A stretch of 64,000 bases of DNA from Lytechinus pictus (Eukaryota), in contig NC_087250.1 of NCBI RefSeq assembly GCF_037042905.1, forward strand, positions 12,712,001 through 12,776,000, given 5' to 3'. Position 1 is the stretch's first letter. Every line of letters starts with the position of its first letter. The position numbers and the translations under genes are program-made. The notes beneath the pieces are model-generated. The model was given only the letters and a program-made list of their open reading frames with translations, was not told the DNA's origin and did no database searches. Of this stretch, positions 1 to 12,000 are shown one piece after another.

Positions 1-314
1 CCCAATGCCGTGACCCACGGTACGCCACTGTGGACATATCAATGACAATTCCTTGCATATCTAAAAACATGATTGCAAAAACAATGCCAACATATTTCAG
101 TCATCCCCCCACCCATCAACACGGATTTACGCCAGTGCGTGGCACACTTCAGCTTCCCGCAGAGAAAAGTGCTGGTAGCATTCCGTAAAATTGTTGTTTT
201 ATTGCTTATTAGCTGAGGAACAAGCTACCAAAGGACCACTTCATTCTGTGGATCTAGATCAACATACTCTCGATGGCCCTCTTGATCAAATTTGGCCGTT
301 TCAGTAGACCAGTT

Positions 315-854
315 CCCGGGGGGGGGGGGGCACTCGACCAAAAAAGTAGTGGGTATGTGCCGCGGGCGAGACAAAAAACGGGGGCCTTGGAGCAGGCTTA
401 TTGTAAAAAGGAGGGTCCTCGGAACGGGCTTCGGAACTACAAATGTTTGTGAAAACGGGGGTCCTAATTGGAACGAGTCGCCTGAGTGCGTATTCATCCC
501 TATGGAACGGGCATACGCAACTAGCCCGGCGGCAAGGGCTTTGGGTGCGCCAGCGCAGATGCGATGGTCGACGTACAGCGCTCTGCGGCTGCTTTTCACT
601 AAAATTGCGGCTCATTGTAGCAGATCAATACGACTGGAACGGCGTAACGGAAATATGCGATCGAGGCTTTGGAGCAGATTTCTTTCTTCTTTTTTCTCGA
701 TAAGAAAATGCTATGCTTTGGAGCGGCTTTCTTTGTTCTTTTTCTCAATAAGACAAAATGCTATGCCTTAGAACGGAAATTTGAGTGTAAAAATGGGGGT
801 CCCCTCCGCGGCACATACCCACTAGGCATTATATACTGAGTGCCCCCCCCCCGG
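315..854. mobile_element. MITE with cccggg(G)n-cactc termini
   Basis: cccgg(g)n cactc ... gagtg(c)n cgg; flanks accagtt / accattt (7-bp TSD, 1 mismatch). Confidence 0.75.
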
Positions 855-1011
855 ACCATTTCATAGACAAGCTTGTTCCAGTTGTTTTTCTTTCATTTCA
901 TTAGGATAGGCGAATTTCAGAGCATGGTATACTGTAAGCCATTCTGCAGAATTTGCATAGATTAGGTGACAAGAAACGCAATCAATGAACACTTTACGAA
1001 AGTATTTGTTG

Positions 1012-1218
1012 GTGGTGATTTTTTTTAACCTGATTTCTAAGAAAGCATGAATGCTTGTAAGCAAGCAACCAGAGGACCGACGGCTTAAGGTCCCCTCCGA
1101 AGGACCTGGTACTGAGGATTAATGCATTACCAAAGGGCACTAGCGCACCAAGTGGGAATCGAACCCGGGTCACCGGAATACGAGTCCCCCGCTCTACCGA
1201 CTGAGCTATCGCGCCTCC
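1012..1218 (-). mobile_element. tRNA-derived SINE, family A
   Basis: Minus strand ggaggcgcgatagctcagtcggtagagc (A box) ... gggttcgattccc (B box); (cac)n tail; TSD gtatttgttg at 1002-1011 and 1232-1241. Confidence 0.85.
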
Positions 1219-1266
1219 ATTTATTATTTATGTATTTGTTGCATGTCTTCTAGGAACGCATATATA

Positions 1267-3291
1267 CACAACAAAAAAAGTAAGTCCCCCCTAAATCAAA
1301 TTGCTGTAACTTTTGAACGGAATTATTTTGAGATATGATATTTCGTAGGTAGTTTTCTACACTCATTAAGCAACCTCTGGGGAAAAATGAGATTGATCGG
1401 TCGAGTCATGCATGAGTAATTAAAGATTGAATTAAAAATGACCATTTTTGAAAGTCACAAGAGTCGTTTTTCAGATTGTGCAAATACAAAGCTGGGCAAA
1501 AATTGTTTTAGGTGAATTTTATGGTGTTAATGCTGTTTTACTATCCACCATTTAGCCACTCCACACACAATTTTGATATCGTATGTTCATGGTTGAGTGA
1601 GCACAATAATGCAGGGGCCGCGGGGGGCTCAGCCCCCCACTTTTTTCCAAAAGCATGTACAAAAATGTAAAAATGACCATACGATTGTGATGTTTTGCAT
1701 GGTCAGCCCCCCCCCCCCACTTTGAAAACCGTTCCGCGGCCCCTGTATAGTGACGTATCATCAAAGGGGTTTATGGTAGTATCCTCTACAACTTGTTAGA
1801 TCATGTTAAAATTTGGAAATGTTGGTGGCTCTCCCGATTATAGGCCCCTCCCCCATTTTAAAGTTCTGGATCCACCACTGATTTGTCCATAAATTAAACT
1901 GATCATGAGAATTTGTAAGAAAAAATACATTTATGCAGTATAAAGAGTATTCATTCCTAAGTTTTCGAATGTGCTCGCTCAACCATGAAAATTTTAAAAC
2001 TTCGGAAAGTGTGTGGTGATAGAAATGATGGATGATAAAAACAACAGCAATTGAAGTCACATTTGAAACCGAATTTGCCCCCAATATTCACTTTAAAATG
2101 AGTCTGTGACATTGAAAATACCAATTTTCTCACTTTGATGCGTGCTCACTCATCCATAAATAAGCAAATCGATTTCATTTTTGCACAGAATTCTGCCCAT
2201 CGGTTGATAAACATTACTGCCAAATGACATTGCTAAAGACAACCTTGAAAAAAAGTTCCACCATATTGAATAAGGGGTTACTTATTCTTAAACATATGCA
2301 CCCATAATGTACACAAGTCTATGAGAGAGGAAGTCAACATTTTAACAAATATGAAATGAGGGTTTGTTTCATGGACGGTTTTTGTTACTTCTGCCAACAG
2401 TTATTTCATGAAACTTCGCACATGGCTTCAGAGTAACACTATCCAAAAGGCGCGCACACCAAAATAACCATTCGATACGGCACAGAGTGGGGCCAAGGCC
2501 TTGAACTTTCTTCTCATTTGCATAATTTTCGAATATTGTGTGCTCACTGATGCATTAAACATCGGGATTTTCATAAAATGCAAGGAGGTTTGTGACAGAT
2601 ATCCATAGTTACAAATTGCAATTTTTCCAATAACGTAAAAAAGAGCTAATCACATTCCACATGTTCATTCAAGCGTGAATGTTTAATTAAACGCCTTTGA
2701 ATCATTGAAGCATGTTAATTGGTCATGAACATAACGAAAAAGTTGAGAAAAGATCATTTTCAGTTACCAAAATAAAACAATACTTGCCTATGATATTTGA
2801 AAATCGTATCTTTTGTTTTCAATAAATGTTCATTGAACCGGTGAAACAATGAATATTGTTGACGATACTCTTCCCAAAAATAACTGTCATCATATTTTAT
2901 CATTTTTATTGATAGAAATGTGTAAAAAATCCAATTATAGCAAATTTGGACTTGTGTTCATTCAACCGTGAAATTTAGCCAGAAAAGTTGTATCGTCTTT
3001 TAGAAAGTACCTTTTACAAGCCTTCTGAATATTTTTCATGATGAGAATGTGGAATTAGTTCCAATAAAAATGGAATCAAAGTAATGATATTTGGCTTGTG
3101 ACTTTTGAAAAGTGACATTTTTGCCTTCTGACGGTGCTCACTGAAGCATGACGTAAAATACGTCCATAACATTTACTCAGAGGGTAGCCTATAAAATTAC
3201 CTACACGCTCATGTAAAAATATATTAAAAACTCGCATTGGTTCGGAAATTATTGATGTTTGTTTAAGGGGGGACTTACTTTTTTTGTTGTG
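1267..3291. mobile_element. ~2 kb non-autonomous TIR DNA element, TA-flanked (Tc1/mariner-like), copy 1
   Basis: TIR cacaacaaaaaaagtaagtcccccct ... aggggggacttactttttttgttgtg; TA(TA) on both sides; no transposase ORF. Confidence 0.88.
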
Positions 3292-3726
3292 TATATGTTG
3301 CTATTACAATGCACTTTAATAACCAGTCGTAATGAGTGCATTGTTGTCCTTTAGGGGATCTAATAAAAAGCACAATTCAAAAGAATATATAGATATTCAA
3401 GACATAGAAATCAAGTTGGTGCTTATTTCATTATTAAACCCCCTTGCCATTTGAGTCCAAATTACTTTCTTCTGATCATGCGCAGAATGGAACTACAAAC
3501 TGGTTTATTTGATGCAGATGCGATGTGTAAAGAGGTCTGCATATAATATATAACAGATCGGTGAAATATTGGCAATGAATATAATTAATCAGTGAATAAA
3601 TAGAAACTGAAAAGGCTATTAAAAAGGTCTACCTGTTTGTCAATTTGGTATGCATATTTTCTTCAAAAATCATATATTCAAGTTGCTCTCTTTTTTTCTT
3701 CCAGGTTGATCTGGCACTCCGCTAAG

Positions 3727-3946
3727 ATGAGCGACCGCGGAAGCAATCTTGAAGGCCGGCCGGAGACTGTCGCGAACTCTTGGCGGTTCGCGATTCTTCT
3801 GGCAAGGTTTGTCTTATCAGCGCTACAGCAGGGGATGTTGAAGTCGCTCGGGCTACTCATGCCGTACCTAGTCATAAGGCTGGACTCCTCATACGAAACG
3901 ATTGGGTTGATCTTCGCCATGGAGTACGCCGTTTTCTTGATGACAA
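3727..3946 (+). CDS. SLC16-like coding exon 1
   Basis: MSDRGSNLEGRPETVANSWRFAILL...FLMT; donor gtgagt at 3947. Confidence 0.85.
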
Positions 3947-6035
3947 GTGAGTACAAGAAATGTCTAATGTGTGGGTGTGTGTGTGTGTGTGTGAGAGAGA
4001 GTGTGTGTGTGGGGCACGTGTGGCGTGCATGGGCGGAGATCCCAGGGGACAGGGCCACAGGGGGATGCGTCTGCCTCACTTTTTGGAAAGGGGGGGGGGG
4101 CACAAAATTAAATGCCCCCCTACTATTTGTAGTCTTTTTGGTGATGAAAAAAAGCATCATTCAAAATAAAAAGAACGTAGTCAAAGTGCTTACATTTGCC
4201 AGATGTTGCATTTTAAAAATGTAATCTTACAAGAAGTTTGCCATGACAAATCCTTACGTTTAGCGTTTAAGGGGGGGGGGGCACATCCAAGAATCTTTAT
4301 GGAACTGGGGGATAATCCGTACAAAATATTCGGCATATCCTACCCCTATACTTTAAGTTAAGTGAACGACGAGTTACTGATGATCTGAGATTTGTTATAC
4401 GTCGGTGAATAGCTAAATGTTGTATGCTGATTGCCCACGGCGTATGTATTACCTAATAGTATTTACGACTATCTCCGAGGAGTCCCTTTTATTTTCGAAC
4501 AAAAGACCTCTTCAATAATGACTTTGGAATACTCAATCAGCGCCAGATGATGTGGGGATAGAAGCAGTGACGTAACTACGGGGGGGGGGGCATGGGGGCA
4601 CGTGCCCCCCAATCGGCTGGCGAAAAAAAAAGAGAAAAGGAGACAAAGAGGGAGAATGAAAGAAAAACTTTGTGGGGGAAGAAGAAATTATATTACATTA
4701 CGTTATATTATATGTATTTGAATATATTAGCATAGACCTGAGAAAGATTATTTTTATAAATTTATGAAACACACTTTGCTTAGAGCCTATGCGTTCATCA
4801 TTCCTGGGGCTCACATTATCTGTTTAATGAGATATATGATCTTGTTGTACTAAGATATCCCGTTTTCAAGTCAACGTTTGTCGTCACGTTTTTTTACACC
4901 AAATATATTTCCTCGCACTTCGAGTTATTGTTTTATGTGGTTATATATGCTTCTTTTTCATGACTACTTAAAGTCATTGCCCCCTTTTTGAGGTCTGAAT
5001 ATAAAACGTTTCCAGTCCGTCCTTACGTTCGCATCAATGGATTGGTGAGATATGTCTGCTCTTCATGAATTCCTAAAAACAGTCCTTAAAATGTCCCTTT
5101 TTCTGGACTGAATATAACAAATTTCAGCTCGCGCTTCGCGCTCGCATCATTTGGTTAGTGAATACGTACATGTATGAGTAAATTCCTACAAAAAAGCCTT
5201 AAAATGTCCCTTTTCAAGTCCGAATTAATATTTTATTAGTGAGATATCATGCTCATGATTACAATGACTAGAAAAAGTGCTTTATGCATGGTATGTGTTT
5301 AGGTGTAGTTCTAACAAAATCAACAAGCTTGACGCTCGCATTAGAAGACTATGGTGAGATATGTATGCTTTTTCATTTCTTAAATAATGATCCTTAAAAT
5401 GTCCTTAGGGTCAATATATCCACAAATTTCAGCTCACGCTTCGCATTGTTTGTTTAGTGACACAGGAACGTACCATGATTTTAGAACTTGCTTATATAAT
5501 GTCTCTTTTTAGGTCTAAATATCAAACATTTTTACCTCGCGCTCGCATTAATTGATCAGTGAGATACATATATCCGTTTAATGGCAAAGTCCTTAAAATG
5601 TCTCTATTAGGTCGGTATACCTGACAAATGAGCGCGCTTCGCGCGCCCAGTAAGTGACTCAAAATTTGCTGGTGCCCCCAATGCCTTGACCCACGGTACG
5701 CCACTGGGTAGAAGTTACAAATCGACCCCCTTCAGAAATCAGAGTCAATCAAAAAGAGAGGAAGAACGAAGAAAATGAATAAAATAAAAGGATACAAATA
5801 ACATGTTCTGGAAATTTCTCCTGCTAATATCTGGATGTGTAATTATTGCAATAGCATCACTGACCTTTGGCAAGAAATTTTGCGTTTGCCAAACTAAGCC
5901 AGGGGTTGTTTCATAAAACGTTCCATAAGCTATGCACAAGTTTAGGCACAATTGATGTCAAATTCCTTAAATTATGGTGAATACATGATCATGATCATAC
6001 ATCATTATCGCCATGTTCAGCCCTCTGCAGAACCC

Positions 6036-6075
<40 letters not shown>

Positions 6076-9000
6076 GGTAAAGTTGATCCTGCCAAAGGTG
6101 GATGTCACGGCCAAGGGGAGGGCGTGATAGCTTGTTGGTCCAGTTGGTCTTGTTGCTCCATTCTTAAATACAGAACTCAGACAAAGTAACAATGGACACA
6201 AAATTTTGAGGGAATTAGATTTTAATTCAAATTTTCAAATTCAAGTGTTCCTCAGAACAGTGGTTACATCTGGGGGTATTTCATAAAGCTGTTCGTAAGT
6301 TAAGAATGACTTTAGGAACGACTAATCTTCCTTTCTTATACGCTAAATAACCACCGATAAACATATAATGGCGAATATCATTTACCACAAGAAAGGATCG
6401 CCAGTCGATCTTAAAGTCGCTCTTAACTTACGAACAGCTTTATGAAACGGCCCCTGATCAAATTTAAAACATGAAGTTGTATGGATATGGGCGTTCGTTA
6501 TAGAACATGGATGATAAAATCATCAAATTCAATAAGGATGAAATATTCAGTTTGATTAATCCTAATTTGCAAACAATCCAGTAATGCAATATCTCATCAT
6601 CATCATCATCATCATCATGTTACGAGGTTCGATCTCTTCATCTCCTAATCAATCAAAGATTTGTTTATGTATGAGAATATAACGAGAACAGTTTGCTGTG
6701 TTACTGCCTTAATCTTTAGTCCGAAAGTTATATTTCTTGACTTGAAGAACTTGTAGGGGATACTGAAGTTAACTCGTTAATCGTCTAACATGGTCGAATT
6801 AAGTTATCATTTGACATTCGCCCTGACTGACTCAACTTTACTAGCATAGATTTTACATCATAGTTTAAACATCTAAGCCTGAGTAACGCCTTCAATCAAC
6901 GGACATCATTACCGTCTCCATAATACCGTCGACATCAACACCAGACTCGACGCCAGACTCAACGTCCAACTCAACGTCATACTCAACGCCATCGACAGAT
7001 AATAAAATACCAAGGCATAAAAACTACCTATCCCTAACATAAGGTTTATTTTTATGCATTGAATAATTATCTCTTACATAATAGTTATTTCCTTAAAATA
7101 ACTTCTGATTTCTAATTCCATTTCTAATTCCATTATAGTAAGTGAACAATGACCAACTGTAAAAAACATTCAATTTGCAATTATGAGCAATTTATGTGTC
7201 AAATTAAAGTCAAAGTATATCGAACTTCCAAGAATATATCTTTAAAATGTTCGCAATAACATAGACCAACTTCAAATCAAAAGGCCTTGTAACTATCTTT
7301 CATCTGCTTATGCCAAATAATGGACAACATACGGATGCCGTGGCTACCCATCTATTGCTCCACGCCTCTGGAACACCCTCCCTTCTTCACTCCGTGAAAT
7401 CGACAACATTGAACTCTTTAAATCGTCCCTCAAAACTCACTTATTTCAGCAGACGTGTAATAATTAGTTTAACTGACTGAGCCTATGATTGTTTTTACAA
7501 AAATATGGCGCAATATAAATTCTGTGGATCATCATTATTATTATCATCCTCCTGCTCCTCCTCCTCATCATCATAATCACCACATCAGTCAAGTTAATGA
7601 ATGACAGCAATATAGCCAAGACAACTCAGTTTCTTTCTTTATGAATGTTAGAAAATTTGTCAAATCAGACTATTACAGTGAATTAACCATTCAAATTCAC
7701 CTACAGTTTAACTGGTGACAAAATATACACAACAAAAAAAGTAAGTCCCCCCTAAATCAAATTGCTTTAACTTTTGAACGGAATTATTTAGAGATATGAT
7801 ATTTCGTAGGTGGTTTTCTACACTAATTAGACAACTCCTGGTGAAAAATGAGATTGATCGGTCGAGTCATGCATGAGTAATTAAAGATTGAATTAAATGT
7901 GACCATTTTCGAAAGTCACAAGAGTCGTTTTTCAGATTGTGCAAATACAAAGTTGGGCAAAAGTTGTTTTTAGGTGAATTTTATGGTGTTATGCTGTTTT
8001 ACTATCCACCATTTAGCCACTCCACACACAATTTTGATATCGTATGTTCATGGTTGAGTGAGCACAATGTATTGCAGGGGCCGCGGAAGCGGGGGAGGGG
8101 GTGGCTTCAGCCCCCCCCCCCCCCACTTTTTTCTAAAAGCATGTACAAAAATGTAAAAATGACCAAACGATTGTGATTTTTTGCATGGTCAGCCCCCCCC
8201 CCCCCACTTTGAAAACCGTTCCGCGGCCCCTGTATTGTGACGTATCATCATAGGGGTTTATGGTAGTATCCTCTACAACCTGTTAGATCATGTTAAAATT
8301 CGAAAATGTTGGTGTCTCCCCCGATTATAGGCCCCTCCCCCATTTTAAAATTCTGGATCCACCACTGATTTGTCCATAAATTAAACTGATCATGAGAAAT
8401 TGTTAGGAAAAGAATACATTTATGCAGTATAAAGAGTATTCATTCCTAAGTTTTCGAATGTGCTCACTCAACCATGAAAATGTTTAAAGTTCGGAAAGTG
8501 TGTGGTGATAGAAATGATGGATGATAAAAACAACAGCAATTACAGTCACATTTGAAACCGAATTTGCCCCCAATATTCACTTAAAAATGAGTCTGTGACA
8601 TTGAAAATACCAATTTTCTCACTTTGATGCGTGCTCACTCATCCATAAATAAGCAAATCGATTTCATTTTTGCACAGAATTCTGCCCATAGGTTGATAAA
8701 CATTACTGCCAAATGACATTGCTAAAGACAACCTTGAAAAAAAGTTCCACCATATTGAATAAGGGGTTACTTGTTCTTAAACATATGCACCCATAATGTA
8801 CACAAGTCTATGAGAGAGGAAGTCAAAATTTTAACAAATATGAAATGAGGGTTTGTTTCATGAACGGTTTTTGTTACTTCTGCCAACAGTTATTTCATGA
8901 AACTTCGCACATGGCTTCAGAGTAAGACTATCCAAAAGGCGCGCACACCAAAATAACCATTCGATACGGCACAGAGTGGGGCCAAGGCCTTGAACTTTCT

Positions 9001-12000
9001 TCTCATTTGCATAATTTTCGAATATTGTGTGCTCACTGATGCATTAAACATCGGGATTTTCATAAAAATCAAATCAAATGAACTATGCAAGGAGGTTTGT
9101 GACAGATATCCATAGTTACAAATTGCAATTTTTCCAATAACGTAAAAAAGAGCTAATCACATTCCACATGTTCATTCAAGCGTGAATGTTTAATTAAACG
9201 CCTTTGAATCATTGAAGCATGTTAATTGGTCATGAACATAACAAAAAAATTGAGAAAGAATATTTTTTTCAGTTACCAAAATGAAACAATATATGCCTAT
9301 GATATTTGAAAATCGTATTTTTTGTTTCAATAAATGTTCATTGAACCGCGAAACGATGAATATTGTTGAAGATACTCTTCCCAAAAATATCTGTCATCAT
9401 ATTCTATCATTTTTATTGATAGAAATGTGTAAGAAAATCCAATTATAGCAAATTTGGACTTGTGTTTATTCAACCGTGAAATTTAGTCAAAAAAGTTGTA
9501 TCGTCTTTTAGAAAGTACCTTTTACAAGCCTTCTGACTATTTTTCATGATGAGAATGTGGATTTAGCTCCAATAAAATGGAATCAAAGTAATGATATATG
9601 GCTTGTGACTTTTGAAAAGTGACATTTTTGCCTTCTGACGGTGCTCACTGAAGCATGACGTAAAATACGTCCATAACTTTTACTCAGAGGATAGCTTATA
9701 AAATTACCTACACGCTCGTGTAAAAATATATTAAAAACTCGCATTGGTTCGGAAATTATTGATGTTTGTTTAAGGGGGGACTTACCTTTTTTGTTGTGTA
9801 TAGATTCGAAGCCTGGAGCAGCCCATGTCCATGCGGTACAAAAATAAGAAGTACAGTGCATAAGAGCTAGAAACCAAGTAATTGCCACGCTCTGTTTCTA
9901 GAAGTAAAGCCTTATCCTGCTGTCTTCGCCTGACCATGTCGGCTTTGCTGATGCTACCAAAACCCCAGCCGCCTAGCTGCTGCGGCTGCTCTCAGAGAAA
10001 ATCCAGGTCTTGCCTCTCCAAATCCTAAGCTTCAAGTGACCAATATTAATTCTAGCTAGGTTTTTAATTGAAATATAGAATTTCTATTTAAAACACAATC
10101 TACTCAAATATGGCATTCACCTGCTTTATGCTTTAATAAAAACATTGGAAACTATTTGAATCATCCTAGTATTAAAAAAGGGAACAAATGTAAAACTTGC
10201 AGAAAGCCTAATATTGAGTTATGCAAAGGAATGAAGTACATGAATAGAAATATTCTAATTAGCCTGCTGCGCTGCATAACTCTGTACAATAAAAGATTCA
10301 TGACCAAGACAAACTATTTGGGTCACTGACCATGGTACTTTAGGTCAATGTTTACAAAGTCTGAGGTAGACTCATAATCGCAAGGTTGTGAGTTCGAATC
10401 CCTACTCTGTCAATGTCTCCACTTTGATAAAAAAAAAGGCCCGATCGAGAGTAATTTCTGTCGTCTATAAGGTCAGCCACTATGACTGATTAACCTAGAT
10501 GTAAAATGTTTCCAAGGTAATTGGTTATATACCAGCTTGGCGTTTACCAGCAGAGCGCTGTCCTGCCGAGATAGAGCATTGGACCCATAATCGCAAGGTT
10601 GTGAGTTCGAATCCCTACTCTGCCTTTGTCTCCACTTTGATAAAAAAAAAAGGCCCGATCGAGAGTAATTTCTGTCCTCATAAGGTCAGCCACTATGACT
10701 GAAAATCAAAAATCGGTTACTCCAAAAGGCGTATTTTGAGACCGGAAATTTTGGGTTACCATGCACAATTATATGTCTTTTTATATTAGGTCCATTTGTA
10801 CATCTACTGTCAAGGAGATTCGAACCCAGAGCCTTATCCATTATCGGAGCTATTCTGTCATCGATGTGTATCATGCTGTCCTCGGCTGTGTGGTCAGTTT
10901 GGATCATCGGGGTCTTATTTATTGCAGCAGGTAAGATGATCGACTTACCGCCCTTTCACAAGGTAAAAAAAAAATCGCATTTTGAATGATGATTCCAGTA
11001 AAAAAGTAAATGACGAATTTTAGAACGTGTGAACTAAAACGAATGCTAATCACAACCACGTCGAATTCAAATTCTACTCCGGAGGTGATTCCAGTTACAG
11101 GTTTCACTCAAATTACGGGACGAATTTTTGCGTGTGAAAGGCTTGGCCTCAAAAACATCTTTGGCGCGGGGGGTGCATGTTTGGAGGAGATAACGTGACC
11201 TTTCAAGCACTTCCGTAGACAATACAATCGCCATGCACTCGTCGTACTTTGTATTTGCGATGTAGTGCTTTGATTGACAATTAGCTAGTCACCATGGACA
11301 CACTCCGCCTTCGCTCGGGATTAAGCCAGTTCGTAGTTCCTTTCTGCGCATGATCAAAAGATTCTACGCATGATCAGAGGAAGGTCATTTGTACTAAAGT
11401 GACATGGTGGTTTAAAATCTAATGAGATAAGCACCAACTTTGATGTCTTGATTATTTATATATTCTTTTGAATTGTGGTTTTCATTTACATCCACAAAAA
11501 ACAACAACGCGTTTGCCAAGTACATTGTGCAACATGCTATGATATGCATTCAAAGTAGGAATGCAACAAATACCTTCATAAAGTGTTCATCGGTGTGCTA
11601 TTCTAGTCACCTGGTCTATTCAATTTCTTCATCCTGCTATGTAAGGCAAGCTTACGTAATATTTTGCTTTGAAATCTGCCTATCATAATGAAAGAAATGA
11701 AAGGTCATTTGACCGAAAATTGTCCATGGGTAACTACGAACTGGTCTATTCAAATCACAGTTTCCGAGTGAGCGTGTGAAAGTTCCGATGAGTCTAAAGT
11801 CGAATAGAAAATCGTTACAATGATTCAAGATTCACGTGTTGAAAGGCCCCAGGACTAAACAGTATTGTTTTTATTCTCGATTCACCAACCCTAGTCAAAT
11901 ACTTAATTGACCTGAAGTGCATTTATTCAATACATTCTATATATATGTTCCCAAAAGCGTTTTGCGTCTTGATTGCGAAAACTCCGTATTAAGAAACCGT

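Noticed and set aside
225..771. Overlapping 86-159 aa ORFs in a GC-richer patch
   Set aside because: Lie mostly in a TIR element; no recognisable domain or transposase motif.
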